Shown here: in pieces, positions 9,300 through 19,349 of the stretch
How the letters are laid out: the number at the start of each line of letters is the position of its first letter
Numbering within the stretch: the stretch's first letter is position 1
Assembly (NCBI GenBank): GCA_965226555.1
Contig: CBDDDG010000016.1
Location: 1 to 64,000 of the forward strand
DNA: 64,000 bases
Reading direction: 5' to 3'
Origin: Salinispira sp.
Lineage (GTDB): Bacteria; Spirochaetota; Spirochaetia; DSM-27196; Salinispiraceae
Position numbers and translations under genes: made by a program
The notes under the pieces: model-generated
Database searches by the model: none
What the model was told of the DNA's origin: nothing
What the model saw: only the letters and a program-made list of their open reading frames with translations

Positions 9300-11248
9300 C
9301 AGACAGCTGTTTCCGAAACAAGATTGTTCATAATGAAGGAGCGGCGTTCGGGGTTGTTCTTGCCCATGTAAAAGCTCATGGTCTCATGAATGCCCCGGAC
9401 GGTTTTAATATCTACCGTAATCAGGCGGATGTCTGCTCCAATAAACTGCCCGAATTCACGGGGGCTTATTTCACCCAAGCCCTTGAAACGTGTAATTTCA
9501 GGCGCGCTCAGCGCCCCGACCGCCTCATCGCGTTCACGGACACTATAACAATAGCGGGTTTCCTTCTTGTTCCGAACCCGGAAGAGCGGGGTTTCAAGGA
9601 TGAACATGCGCCCCTGAATGAACAGTTCCTCAAAAAAGCTGAGAAAGAAGGTAAGCAGAAGGTTGCGGATGTGAAAACCGTCATGGTCGGCGTCTGTTGC
9701 AATAATAATGCGGGAATAACGCAGGTTCTCAATATCGTTTTCAATGCCGAGCGCCATCATCATGTTATATAATTCCTCGTTTTTGTAGATATTTGCCTGA
9801 CCGCGGCCGAACATGTTCTGCGGTTTTCCGCGGAGCGAAAAAATTGCCTGCGTGTAGACATCCCGGCAGCTCACCATTGAGCCGGATGCCGATGCTCCCT
9901 CGGTTATGAATATGCTGCTCGCGCCGTTCTCCTTCCTGTCGCCAAGATGATACTTACAGTCGCGGAGGTTGGGAATTTTCAGGGCAATTTTCCGCGCTGC
10001 CTCCCGCGCTTCTTTGCGGACGAGGTTGAGTTCCTTACGGAGTTTTTCGTTGTTGACAATTTTTTCCTGAATGCTTTCGGCTGCGCCCTTGTTCTTGTGC
10101 AGGAAATTGAGTACGGCTTCCCGTACTTCCTGAATGATCCCCATGCGGATGTCGGTATTGCCCAGTTTGTTTTTTGTCTGGCTTTCAAAAACCGGATTCT
10201 CCAGTTTCACCGCAACCGCGGCAACCATTCCCTCGCGCAGATCAATACCGGAATAGCGCTTCTGAAAGAAATCGTTCACGCCCCGAATGAGTCCCTCGCG
10301 GAAGGCTGAAAGATGAGTTCCGCCGTTCGCAGTAAACTGCCCATTCACGAAGCTCCACTGAGTTTCACCGTAATTGCGGGTATGCGTGAAGGAAAACTCA
10401 AGTTTTTTCCCTTTATAGTAGGCAAGGTCATAGAAGGGTGTACTCCCTACCTCCTTCTCCAACAAATCCTTCAGTCCCCCGCGTGAATGGAAGGTAATCC
10501 ATTCGGAATTTTTTACGGTCTTTGAGGATGCTGCCCTCTGGGGCGGGGCTGCCGCGGGTGCGCTTTCCGTGCCTGCGCCAGCCGCGCCGGCAACTTCATT
10601 CGGCAGAATGCGCAGGCGCAGTTTGAGCCCCGAATTAAGGTAGGCATAGTTCCACAGACGTTCTTCAATAAATTCTCTGTTATAGGTGTATTCGGGGAAT
10701 ATTTCGCAATCGGGCAGAAAGCTCACAATGGTACCGTTCGCCTCGGAAGTTTTACCCTTTTTTTCTTCTTCGAGAATACCCCGGGAAAAACGGGCTTTAA
10801 CATATTTTCCTTCCCGCACTGAACACACACCGAATAACTCGCTGAGAGCATTAACAGCCTTGGAACCTACCCCGTTGAGACCAACTGAAAACTGAAACAC
10901 ATCGGTATTGTACTTTGCTCCGGTATTAATAACAGATACACAACTAATCACCTTACCGAGAGGAATACCTCGGCCAAAGTCGCGGACGGTGATCGTGGGG
11001 CCATGGAGGGTAATGTCAATCCGGCTGCCAAAGCCCATAATGAATTCGTCTACTGCGTTGTCAATAATTTCCTTGAGAAGAATGTAAATTCCGTCATCGG
11101 AGTTCGCGCCATCGCCGAGCCGGCCAATGTACATGCCGCTGCGCAACCGGATGTGCTCCAGTGAGCTCAGCGTTTTTACCGCATTTTCATCGTAGCTCTC
11201 ACGCGCGCGCTTGCGAGATAAATCTTCCCCTCCGGTTTCCCTTCCCAT
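9299..11248 (-). CDS. parE: DNA topoisomerase IV subunit B
   Basis: EHIRLRSGMYIG, EIIDNAVDE, DFGRGIP, TEGASA, LRGKP, DADHDG, RFKGLGE; start uncertain (11248 or 11284). Confidence 0.9.
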   Translation of the reverse strand: MGRETGGEDLSRKRARESYDENAVKTLSSLEHIRLRSGMYIGRLGDGANSDDGIYILLKEIIDNAVDEFIMGFGSRIDITLHGPTITVRDFGRGIPLGKVISCVSVINTGAKYNTDVFQFSVGLNGVGSKAVNALSELFGVCSVREGKYVKARFSRGILEEEKKGKTSEANGTIVSFLPDCEIFPEYTYNREFIEERLWNYAYLNSGLKLRLRILPNEVAGAAGAGTESAPAAAPPQRAASSKTVKNSEWITFHSRGGLKDLLEKEVGSTPFYDLAYYKGKKLEFSFTHTRNYGETQWSFVNGQFTANGGTHLSAFREGLIRGVNDFFQKRYSGIDLREGMVAAVAVKLENPVFESQTKNKLGNTDIRMGIIQEVREAVLNFLHKNKGAAESIQEKIVNNEKLRKELNLVRKEAREAARKIALKIPNLRDCKYHLGDRKENGASSIFITEGASASGSMVSCRDVYTQAIFSLRGKPQNMFGRGQANIYKNEELYNMMMALGIENDIENLRYSRIIIATDADHDGFHIRNLLLTFFLSFFEELFIQGRMFILETPLFRVRNKKETRYCYSVRERDEAVGALSAPEITRFKGLGEISPREFGQFIGADIRLITVDIKTVRGIHETMSFYMGKNNPERRSFIMNNLVSETAV

Positions 11249-11386
11249 ACCTGAAATAGTAATACAAAAAATGAACCTATTCAAGCTCTTCGGCAGCTAA
11301 TGTTTCGAAAATATTTCGAAAATGTTTCGAAAAAGCTTGCAACTTATAATTCTTTCCATTACTCTTAATGATAAGGAGTTTTATAA

Positions 11387-12774
11387 TGATCAACCCAAGC
11401 CAGACACCCAAGCCTAGCCTAACCCATTGCTCCGCCCAGCATCTGCTTCGGGGAATCCTTTTCATTTTTTCCCTCATACTCGTTCTCAGCGCCTGCGATA
11501 TGCGCGGGTTTTATGATGATGGTATTCACTATATCACCGGCACGGAATACGACCTCTACGGTTATGACGCGAACGGCTACAATGCGGCCGGTTTTAATGC
11601 TGACGGTAATCATCAGGATACTGGAACAAAATATGGGCCGGATGGCTTTGACGAACAGGGTTATAACACAGACGGTTTTAACGCTGCGGGCTATGACGCG
11701 GCCGGGTACGACAAAGACGGCTACAATGCAGAAGGCTATTCATCAAACGGGTACGACAAAAATGGCTACAATGCAGAAGGCTATTCATCAAACGGGTACG
11801 ACAAAGACGGCTACAATGCAGAAGGCTATTCATCAAACGGGTACGACAAAAATGGCTACAATGCAGAAGGCTATTCATCAAACGGGTACGACAAAGACGG
11901 CTTTAATGCCGCGGGCATTCACCGCGACACCGGTACGCACTACAACCTAAACGGTTATGGCAAAGATGGCTACAACGCAGACGGTTTTAATGCTGACGGT
12001 AATCATCAGGATACTGGCACGAAATATGACCTGCGCGATTTCAAGAAAGACGGCTACAATGACGAAGGTGTTTACCGAGACGATTTCCCTACCTTGGAAA
12101 ATGCTAACCCCCGCAGCATCTGGTCGGATGGAACAACAATGTGGGTTCTGGATAGTACCGAAGACAAAATCTATGCCTATAACATGGAGACCAAGGAACA
12201 CGATGCGGGCAAAGATTTCACAACGCTTGCTTCCGCTAATAATAGCCCCAGAGGTATCTGGTCAGATGGAACAACAATGTGGGTGTCGGATTTGCAGGAT
12301 CCAACTATCTACGCCTACAGTTTGAGTGAACGCACATACAGTTTAGGTAATAACATTACCCTTAATGCCGCCAATGATCAAGCCGGAGCATTTTGGGCGA
12401 GTGAGACAACAATGTGGGTAGCAAGTAACAATGATGCAATATTATATGCCTATAACATAACTGGCGAGACACCCGTATACGATTCCGGTAAAAATTTCAC
12501 GTTGCCTGATGGTAATCTGGGACCCCGCGGTATCTGGTCAGATGGAACAACGATGTGGGCGGTACGTAATGATGTTACTGACACAATCAATGCCTACGTT
12601 CTGCTTGCCGCGGAACGAGATGCCTCAAAAGATTTCAATAATCTTGTTACAGGGAATATGAATCCCCGCGGTATATGGTCAGATGGAACAACAATGTGGG
12701 TGGTAGATGGTACTACTGACAAAATCTATGCCTACGACATAGCAACCCGCGAGCGTCCGCCCAAGGCAGAATAA
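11387..12774 (+). CDS. Surface lipoprotein with GY(D/N)xx pentapeptide repeats and WSDGTTMW beta-propeller-like repeats
   Basis: Lipobox VLSAC; about five IWSDGTTMWV...IYAY repeats; AAGGAG RBS before ATG 11387. Confidence 0.75.
11704..11902 (+). repeat. 45-bp in-frame tandem repeat, about 4.4 copies
   Basis: GGGTACGACAAA(GAC/AAT)GGCTACAATGCAGAAGGCTATTCATCAAAC units at 11704, 11749, 11794, 11839 and partial at 11884. Confidence 0.95.
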
Positions 12775-12802
12775 GCGTCCGGCGCTGCGCCTGCTGCGCC
12801 GA

Positions 12803-12920
12803 CCAATGTACATGCCGCTGCGCAACCGAATGTGCTCCAGTGAGATCAGCGTTTTTACCGCATTTTCATCGTAGCTCTCACGCGCGCGCTTGCGAGATGA
12901 ACCTTCCCATACCTGAAATA
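12803..12920 (-). repeat. Duplicate of the parE 5' end (other copy 11124-11258), frameshifted
   Basis: Encodes SRKRARESYDENAVKTLISLEHIRLRSGMYIG; about 17-nt deletion near the ATG relative to parE. Confidence 0.93.
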
Positions 12921-13157
12921 CTGGGAAATAAACATTTGAGAGCCCATCCCTCCCGACCACTAACCGGCATTCCCCCATCCCCCGAAAAAAACACACATTT
13001 TGCAAAATTCTTTCAAATTCTCTCAAAAAACATAGTTAAAAATGACTTTTTACCCGTCACATATATAGAGGGGAGAATTCACCATGGGACCATGTCGCCA
13101 TGGGAGATCCCCTATTCAGAAAGAAACGTTCAGAAAAAAACCTTCAGGAGAAATTAT

Positions 13158-14186
13158 ATGATCGATTTCAAAGAAAAACCCGCCCCCGTTCCCTACGACC
13201 AAGGATACCGCTCCCTGCTGTTCCAACCCGCAATAATGCTCCAATTTCTTCAACGCTTTGTCGGAGGCGCATGGACGAAAAAACTGCGCCGTGAAGATAT
13301 TACCATTGAAAACGGTACCTTTTTCATCGACCATGCGAAAACACGAATGGCCGACATTGTCTGCAAAATCAGGACTCGGGATCACACGGGAGATGTTGCT
13401 ATCTATGTGCTCCTTGAGCATCAGTCCGGCGTGGACAAAGACATGCCCTTCCGCATGTTGGAATACACGCACCTTCTCTGCCGGAACATTCGCAGCTCCG
13501 GCACAATTCCCGATGACTGCGAGTTGGTATTTCTGCCCATTGTATTTTATAATGGAGAGCAAAGGTGGAAGGTGCCCGGGAATGTCAGAGATCGGAACAC
13601 GCGGGAATTCCCGCAGTATCTTGCTCCCTTTCCTTACGATCTGATACGCGTGACCGATTATTCTGCGGAGCAGCTGCAGCAGCGGGGAAGAATGTTTGCG
13701 GCTGTTATGTACCTTGATCTGTACTCGAAAAATCTGCTGAATAAGGATTGGGACATTCGGATAGTAGAGAAAGCGATAGCAGAAATGCTTAATGAGGAAT
13801 CGCTGGAGCTGATAAAGGAATTTGTCGGCGTGGTAGATTCGATGTTCGGAATTGTTATAGACTTAGATACGTTAATGAACCAGTTAGAAAGAACAAAAGA
13901 ACCGAGAGGTAAGGAGGTAGCAAAAATGTTCAGAATGAATGCGGAAACATTCAAAGCGCGCATTGCGGAAATGGGTCGGCAGGAAGGACTTCAGACAGGT
14001 CGGCAGGAAGGACTTCAGACAGGTCGGCAGGAAGGATTGCAGGCAGGTCGCGCGGAGGGGCATATTGAGGAACGGAGAAAAAACGCCCGCAGTATGTTTT
14101 CCAAAGGATTTTCAGCCCATGACATTCAGGATGTTACCGGGCTGAGCGATGAGGAAATGCACACATTGCGGAACGGATCGCATTAA
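13158..14186 (+). CDS. Rpn-family (recombination-promoting nuclease/putative transposase) PD-(D/E)XK protein
   Basis: YDQGYRSLL, ADIV, LLEHQS..DKDMPFRMLEY, PIVFYNG..W, GRQEG repeats, C-terminal VTGLS HTH; AGGAG RBS. Confidence 0.88.
   Translation: MIDFKEKPAPVPYDQGYRSLLFQPAIMLQFLQRFVGGAWTKKLRREDITIENGTFFIDHAKTRMADIVCKIRTRDHTGDVAIYVLLEHQSGVDKDMPFRMLEYTHLLCRNIRSSGTIPDDCELVFLPIVFYNGEQRWKVPGNVRDRNTREFPQYLAPFPYDLIRVTDYSAEQLQQRGRMFAAVMYLDLYSKNLLNKDWDIRIVEKAIAEMLNEESLELIKEFVGVVDSMFGIVIDLDTLMNQLERTKEPRGKEVAKMFRMNAETFKARIAEMGRQEGLQTGRQEGLQTGRQEGLQAGRAEGHIEERRKNARSMFSKGFSAHDIQDVTGLSDEEMHTLRNGSH
13974..14045 (+). repeat. 24-bp tandem repeat x3 (GRQEGLQT)
   Basis: GGTCGGCAGGAAGGACTTCAGACA repeated. Confidence 0.9.
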
Positions 14187-14285
14187 TTGGTGTTTGATGA
14201 TGTGATTATGCTGATTTTACGTGCTTGCCTTCGTAGTTGATTTTTCAACTAGAGGGAAGCTCTGGAAACTCACTGTTCGGTAGCG

Positions 14286-14537
14286 ATGTATGATGCAAGA
14301 GGATTCAATGATGCCGGCATTCACCGCGACACTGGCACACAACATGACCTGAGCGATTTCAAGAAAGACGGCTACAATGACGAAGGTGTTTACCGAGACG
14401 ATTTCCCTACCTTGGCACAGGAAAATGCTAGCCCCCGCGAAATCTGGTCGGACGGAACAACAATGTGGGTGCTGAATAATGATTACGACCGGTATACTAA
14501 AGCCCGTGTGAGGGTTTTTAACCGCATAAATGTCTAA
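14286..14537 (+). pseudogene. Fragment paralogous to the 11387-12774 lipoprotein
   Basis: DFKKDGYNDEGVYRDDFPTL and IWSDGTTMWVL nearly identical to about 12025-12150; homology lost after about 14490. Confidence 0.8.
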
Positions 14538-14711
14538 ATTCTAACCATGAATTGCAATGCTTTTTACACAAATACACTGCCATAGTGTGAGCGAGGAGTT
14601 TTCTCCATAATCGGGATGTGAAATGCCATATATCCCGCGCCCGTATTTTTTGCAAAATGCAAAAGTTTCAATATTAAAAAGTGATCGCAGCGAGGTATAT
14701 CAAATTCCAAC

Positions 14712-15917
14712 TCAGATTCCCAATTTCTGCTTGAGCACATTCATTTTTGCGCTTGCATGAGGCTGGATGCTATCCAAATTTCTGAATTTTTCCAGAAGAT
14801 CAACAGCTGCCAATCGATTGTCCAGTTGTACGTAACATTCCATAAGAGGGATGTACACGCGGTAATTCTGGATATGATTTTTCAGCAGGTTCTCAAGAGA
14901 CTGTGTTGCTTCAAGGTATTCTTCACAATAGATATGCACATTTGCAAGACCAAGAACCGCGTAAATATCATACTTTATATCAAGCGCTTTTTCATAATAC
15001 TCCCTGGCTTTTTCAAATTTCCGCTGCTGACAGTAGGCATCGCCCGCTCGCGTGAGAATGATTTTGTTCTGCGGATTTTCCTCTAAAATGCGGTTCCAGT
15101 ATATGAGGCTCTTTTCAAGGACATGCATTCCCCTGAAACAATCCGCGAGCCCAAAGAGCGCGTAGAAATTATTTTTTTCCCTTTCCAGCGCCTCTTCAAA
15201 ATATGCGCTGCCTTGTTCAAATGACTTCTGCTTTCGATAACAGTTTCCAATACTTGTGAGAACACGAATGTCAGGTTGGGAATTCTGCTCGCGGTATATT
15301 TTATGCCAATATTCGAGAGATCTCACATAGTTATGAAGATGATAATAGAGGTGTCCGAGACCGGTAAGCGCATAGGCATTTTGCGGTTCAATTTCGAGAA
15401 CCTGCGCATAGAGTTTTTCAGCCTGCCTGACATTTCTGACTTTTTGATAGGCATCGGCAACCCTCGTGAGTACGGTAACATTCCGGCTATCATATTTCAG
15501 ATATTTTTCCCAAACATCAATTGCACGGGAAAATTGATGTTGCTGTCTGTAGGCATCGGCAAGACCGAAGAGCGCGTAATTGTTATGCGGATGAAATTGC
15601 AGGCAGTGTTCATAATAGTTGATGGCTTCATCAAACCGTAACTTTTTACGGCATGCGTCTCCAATTCCAACAAGCGCGTAATGATTATTGGGTTCAATAT
15701 CCAGAATTTCCATGAAGGAATTAATAGCCGCAGTTAACTCACCTTTTTTGAGATAGCGATACCCCATTCGGGAAATTTCAGCCAGTTTTTTTTGCTCACT
15801 ATCCTGTTGATCATATTCGGTATTTTCAACGGAAGATTGATCATTGCTTTCTGCTAAGATATCTTGATTCATGTGCTCAGCATTCTTTTTATTAAATTTA
15901 AAGTCAAAAGCAGTCAT
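14712..15917 (-). CDS. Tetratricopeptide repeat protein
   Basis: Multiple TPRs (YALVGIGDAC, YALFGLADAY, YALTGLGHLY). Confidence 0.88.
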   Translation of the reverse strand: MTAFDFKFNKKNAEHMNQDILAESNDQSSVENTEYDQQDSEQKKLAEISRMGYRYLKKGELTAAINSFMEILDIEPNNHYALVGIGDACRKKLRFDEAINYYEHCLQFHPHNNYALFGLADAYRQQHQFSRAIDVWEKYLKYDSRNVTVLTRVADAYQKVRNVRQAEKLYAQVLEIEPQNAYALTGLGHLYYHLHNYVRSLEYWHKIYREQNSQPDIRVLTSIGNCYRKQKSFEQGSAYFEEALEREKNNFYALFGLADCFRGMHVLEKSLIYWNRILEENPQNKIILTRAGDAYCQQRKFEKAREYYEKALDIKYDIYAVLGLANVHIYCEEYLEATQSLENLLKNHIQNYRVYIPLMECYVQLDNRLAAVDLLEKFRNLDSIQPHASAKMNVLKQKLGI

Positions 15918-15945
15918 ATATTTCCCTCTGATACATTAAGTATAG

Positions 15946-16030
15946 TAGAAAGTTTTGCAGAATGCAAAACTTTCTACAAAATGCGAGAATGCTCAGCACA
16001 GAGAGTCATGCAAAATGCAAAAGTTTCTAG
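15946..16030. repeat. Hairpin repeat element (REP/MITE-like family)
   Basis: TAGAAAGTTTTGC-AGAAT-GCAAAACTTTCTA plus CAAAATGCGAGAATGC; homologous to the reverse complement of 41420-41497. Confidence 0.75.
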
Positions 16031-16037
16031 TATACAT

Positions 16038-16367
16038 TCAGTTTTTTAGCCACTCACGGATAACATGCGCCATGCTCTTAATCATACCGTTTTTTTTTCT
16101 GTCATCGGGCGCAATTATATACATGCGAAGAGCCGAAAGAAAATCGTTGCTCTTATAGTAGTAGTCGCCAACACGGACTAATCCGTCAGTATAATGCGTG
16201 GTCATAAAAATTTTCTTTGCCTGTTCAATGTCTCCCGTACTGAATAATTCATTGCCCCTGCGGATAAGGGCAGCCCGTTGCGAACTTTCAATTACGGGCG
16301 TCTCCGGCTTATGTGTTCGGATAAGACCCGGATTATGAAATTTGTCCGCGGGTATGATCATTCTCAC
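16038..16367 (-). CDS. Hypothetical protein (TPR-like)
   Basis: 109-aa ORF coupled to hisB; LIRRGNELF...AKKIF...DGLVRVGDYY. Confidence 0.65.
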   Translation of the reverse strand: MRMIIPADKFHNPGLIRTHKPETPVIESSQRAALIRRGNELFSTGDIEQAKKIFMTTHYTDGLVRVGDYYYKSNDFLSALRMYIIAPDDRKKNGMIKSMAHVIREWLKN

Positions 16368-16939
16368 AGTTTTCCTTTCGTTGACATATCGGACTGCTTT
16401 CCATCAATACGTGTGAATGCCTGAGCAAGTGATCTCCCGAGAGCCTTGAAGAGTGCTTCAGCCATGTGATGAGAATTCTCTCCATAATGACAATGAAGAT
16501 GAATAGTTATGCCGGCATTGTATGCAAGGGCGTGGAAAAATTCCCGCAGAAGAGCAAGATCGAAGGTGCCGCAGAAATTCTGCGGGTATGATGCAGTATA
16601 TACCACATATGGGCGTTTGCAGGCATCAACAATAACTTCACTCAGCGCATCGTCCATTACTATTCTCTGAGCGCCATAGCGCACAAGAGCTGATTCATCA
16701 AAATAGGCAGCTAATGCCTGCCCGAGCACGATTCCCATATCCTCAACAAGATGATGGGGGTCAATGTCAACATCGCCGTCTGCCTTCACCTCAAGGTAAA
16801 ACCCCCCATGCCATGACATACTGGTGAGAAGATGCGCAAAAAACGGAATTGGAATGGTAATGCGGGGTACGGCTTTACGCTGCATATCCAATATGAGTGA
16901 AATATGAGTTTCAGAAGTCTGACGGAGAATTTTCTGCAT
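16364..16939 (-). CDS. hisB: Imidazoleglycerol-phosphate dehydratase
   Basis: DPHHLVEDMGI, MDDAL, NSHHMAEALFKALG. Confidence 0.93.
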   Translation of the reverse strand: MQKILRQTSETHISLILDMQRKAVPRITIPIPFFAHLLTSMSWHGGFYLEVKADGDVDIDPHHLVEDMGIVLGQALAAYFDESALVRYGAQRIVMDDALSEVIVDACKRPYVVYTASYPQNFCGTFDLALLREFFHALAYNAGITIHLHCHYGENSHHMAEALFKALGRSLAQAFTRIDGKQSDMSTKGKL

Positions 16940-16970
16940 TCTTCCTCCTTATAGTACAAAACTACTATAA

Positions 16971-17016
16971 AAAATTTTGCATTGGAAAATTGTGCAGAGC
17001 ACAATTTCCAGTAGCA
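16971..17016. repeat. Hairpin repeat element
   Basis: TTTTGCATTGGAAAATTGTGCAGAGCACAATTTCCAGTAGCA, identical to 41375-41416. Confidence 0.8.
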
Positions 17017-17652
17017 TTAATCTGCCATAGCCAAGCGTTTTATAAATTTCATAATCTGCGTATAGTTATATTTAAAATACGCAGAATTTGCAACAAGATA
17101 CACACGGACAGTATGAAGTTTTTTGACAATTTTTAATTTATTGGCCCGCAATGTTTCGCCTGTCTCAACCAGATCAACAATGTAGGGAGCTAATTCAAGA
17201 ACTGCGGCAAGTTCAACAGAACCATTCAGTTTGATCACATCAACAGGAATATCGTGTTTGTGAAAATAATTCTTTGTAAAACGAGTGAATTTGCTGGCAA
17301 CCCGCAGCCGCGCATGGTTCATTATTTTATGATGACTTTTATCTCCTTCTTTTGCGGCCAAGCAGAGCTGCGTACTGCCGAAGGGAAGATGCATAATTTT
17401 ATACAGGGGATAATTTGTCTCATACAGCAAATCATCACCGCAAATACCCATGCCGGCAATACCATGATGAACGTATGTGGGAAGATCAGTATTCTTAACC
17501 AGAAAAATGCACAGCTCACCGCTGACATCGTGAAGAACAAGTTTGCGATTGTCAAAATGAATGATAAAACCCCGATCCTCAAGATATTTTCGGATTGGTT
17601 TTTCCAGCCGTCCCTTGGGCAGTGCCAGAGTTAATCCTGTGTTCAGAGACAT
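17017..17652 (-). CDS. hisG: ATP phosphoribosyltransferase, short form
   Basis: LALPKGRL, KLNGSVELA, IVDLVETGETLRAN. Confidence 0.93.
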   Translation of the reverse strand: MSLNTGLTLALPKGRLEKPIRKYLEDRGFIIHFDNRKLVLHDVSGELCIFLVKNTDLPTYVHHGIAGMGICGDDLLYETNYPLYKIMHLPFGSTQLCLAAKEGDKSHHKIMNHARLRVASKFTRFTKNYFHKHDIPVDVIKLNGSVELAAVLELAPYIVDLVETGETLRANKLKIVKKLHTVRVYLVANSAYFKYNYTQIMKFIKRLAMAD

Positions 17653-18740
17653 ATGTTTTTTCCTTTCTGCCTCAATACCGCTGCTTCTTTGTAGCGTTCT
17701 TCAAAGGTTCCGGTAAGAATTTTTTTATCGGGAAATGGAATATCAGGCTGTGTGATCTGCGCCTTATTAATTGCAGACAGCATAATGCTATAGCCGACCG
17801 CTGCCCCATGAAGCTGCATTTCTTCAAGCAGACAATCGTATCTGCCTCCCGAGGCAACCGCATATGGTACATTGGGAAGGTAGACCTGAAATGTACGGCC
17901 GCTGTAATAATGCCGCGCTCCTATCTCAGAAAGGTCAATACGGACTGCGATGTCGGGAAAATATCGTGTGAGCAGATCAGAAATTTCGGCAAGGGCGCGC
18001 AGCTCCTGTGTAATAGCAATGTGTTCAGGAAGCACTGCAATGGCATCATTCAGATTTTGGGGAATTTCAGTTCCTTCCCATATTGATGAAAATATACTGA
18101 CCACAGCCTCATGGATTTCCGTGTTCATTCCGGCGGCAGCAAGATGATCCGGTAGATTTTCCCAATTTCTGAGGAGAATACACTCCCGCAGAGCATCCAT
18201 GGAATCATTATCTTCCGGAATGATGAGATCGAGTATTTTCTGAGACCCAATGTGGAGAGCGCAGCCGGTAAGTCCCAATATTCGGAGGTTCTCACAGAGA
18301 AGAAACAGGATTTCACGATCATGTTCATCTTGGGAATGGGGATTCCCAATGAGTTCTACACCAGTCTGATAGTGTTCATTCCGGGAAATATCATTACTTT
18401 CTTCGTATCGGAGAATGCTGTCGCTGTAGGCAAGACGGAGGGGCAGCTGCGCTTCCTTCAAAAAATTCCGGTAATGCCTCATAAGAAAAACGGTAATGTC
18501 GGAACGAAGCATAAATATTTCACCATTTCGGCCAATAAGCCGGTATATACGTTTTTCTTCATCTTCGGTAAATAAATGGCTGTGAACATCAAAAAAATCC
18601 AGCACCGGCGTATACACTGTCGTATAGCCCCAGCGTTTATAGAGGGTTCGGGTACGATCAACCGCATCCTGCTGCTGAACCGATTCCTTTAACAAAAGAG
18701 GTACTGAACTTGGAGGTTTTAAGAGATGCGCCTTATTCAT
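17643..18740 (-). CDS. hisZ: ATP phosphoribosyltransferase regulatory subunit
   Basis: HisRS-like motifs LRSDIT, QTGVELIG, YYSG, GGRYD; adjacent to short hisG. Confidence 0.88.
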   Translation of the reverse strand: MNKAHLLKPPSSVPLLLKESVQQQDAVDRTRTLYKRWGYTTVYTPVLDFFDVHSHLFTEDEEKRIYRLIGRNGEIFMLRSDITVFLMRHYRNFLKEAQLPLRLAYSDSILRYEESNDISRNEHYQTGVELIGNPHSQDEHDREILFLLCENLRILGLTGCALHIGSQKILDLIIPEDNDSMDALRECILLRNWENLPDHLAAAGMNTEIHEAVVSIFSSIWEGTEIPQNLNDAIAVLPEHIAITQELRALAEISDLLTRYFPDIAVRIDLSEIGARHYYSGRTFQVYLPNVPYAVASGGRYDCLLEEMQLHGAAVGYSIMLSAINKAQITQPDIPFPDKKILTGTFEERYKEAAVLRQKGKNICL

Positions 18741-19309
18741 TCTGCCCCTTTTTCAACACGATAGAAATTCACCTGCGAGCGTCCATACCATTCCTGCCGG
18801 TAAGATCTCATTATCAGCATAGCATCGCTATTCCTGAAACATTCGAATATCGTATTCTCAGAGGGAAAATGAAGCAATACGATACTGCCAATTTTAATAA
18901 GACAGGAAGTAATAAGCCGCTGCAATATATCATTTTTGTATTTATAGGAAAATGGAGGATCAAGAAATATGTAGTCGTAACATTTTTTATGCCGGGCAAT
19001 AAAGACTTCGGCGCTTGTCGAACGTATTGTACAATGTTTCTCCGCAATTTTCAGATTTCCCCTGAGTACCTTCAGTTTTTTCCGGTCCTTTTCAACGGCA
19101 TGAACCCGATCTGCGCCCCTGCTTACCGCCTCAAGAGACATAAGTCCTGAACCGCTGAAGAGATCGAGAAACGATGCTCCTTCAAGAGTTCCCAGAATTG
19201 AATACAGCGACTCCCGCATTCTGTCCATGGCAGGACGAATGAGCCCGGGTGGGCAGCGAAGGTGTATTCCTTTGTATTTTCCGCCGGTAATTCGCACAGT
19301 ACCTCTCAT
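18737..19309 (-). CDS. rsmD: 16S rRNA m2G966 methyltransferase
   Basis: RITGGKYKG, RPAMDRMRES, LDLFSGSG, FLDPPF; start 19309 or GTG 19297. Confidence 0.9.
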   Translation of the reverse strand: MRGTVRITGGKYKGIHLRCPPGLIRPAMDRMRESLYSILGTLEGASFLDLFSGSGLMSLEAVSRGADRVHAVEKDRKKLKVLRGNLKIAEKHCTIRSTSAEVFIARHKKCYDYIFLDPPFSYKYKNDILQRLITSCLIKIGSIVLLHFPSENTIFECFRNSDAMLIMRSYRQEWYGRSQVNFYRVEKGAE

Positions 19310-19349
19310 GTGAACGTTTTGCTCTGCAAAATTTTCAGTTGCAAACCGT

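Noticed and set aside
12840..13157. N-terminal extensions in the ORF track for Rpn, 32824-33699, 42760-44412 and manA
   Set aside because: Better RBS/start pairs lie downstream; the extensions run through repeats, promoters or neighbouring genes
14286..14490. Possible DGR template/variable repeat pair with about 12025-12150
   Set aside because: No reverse transcriptase in the window; differences include an indel and non-adenine changes
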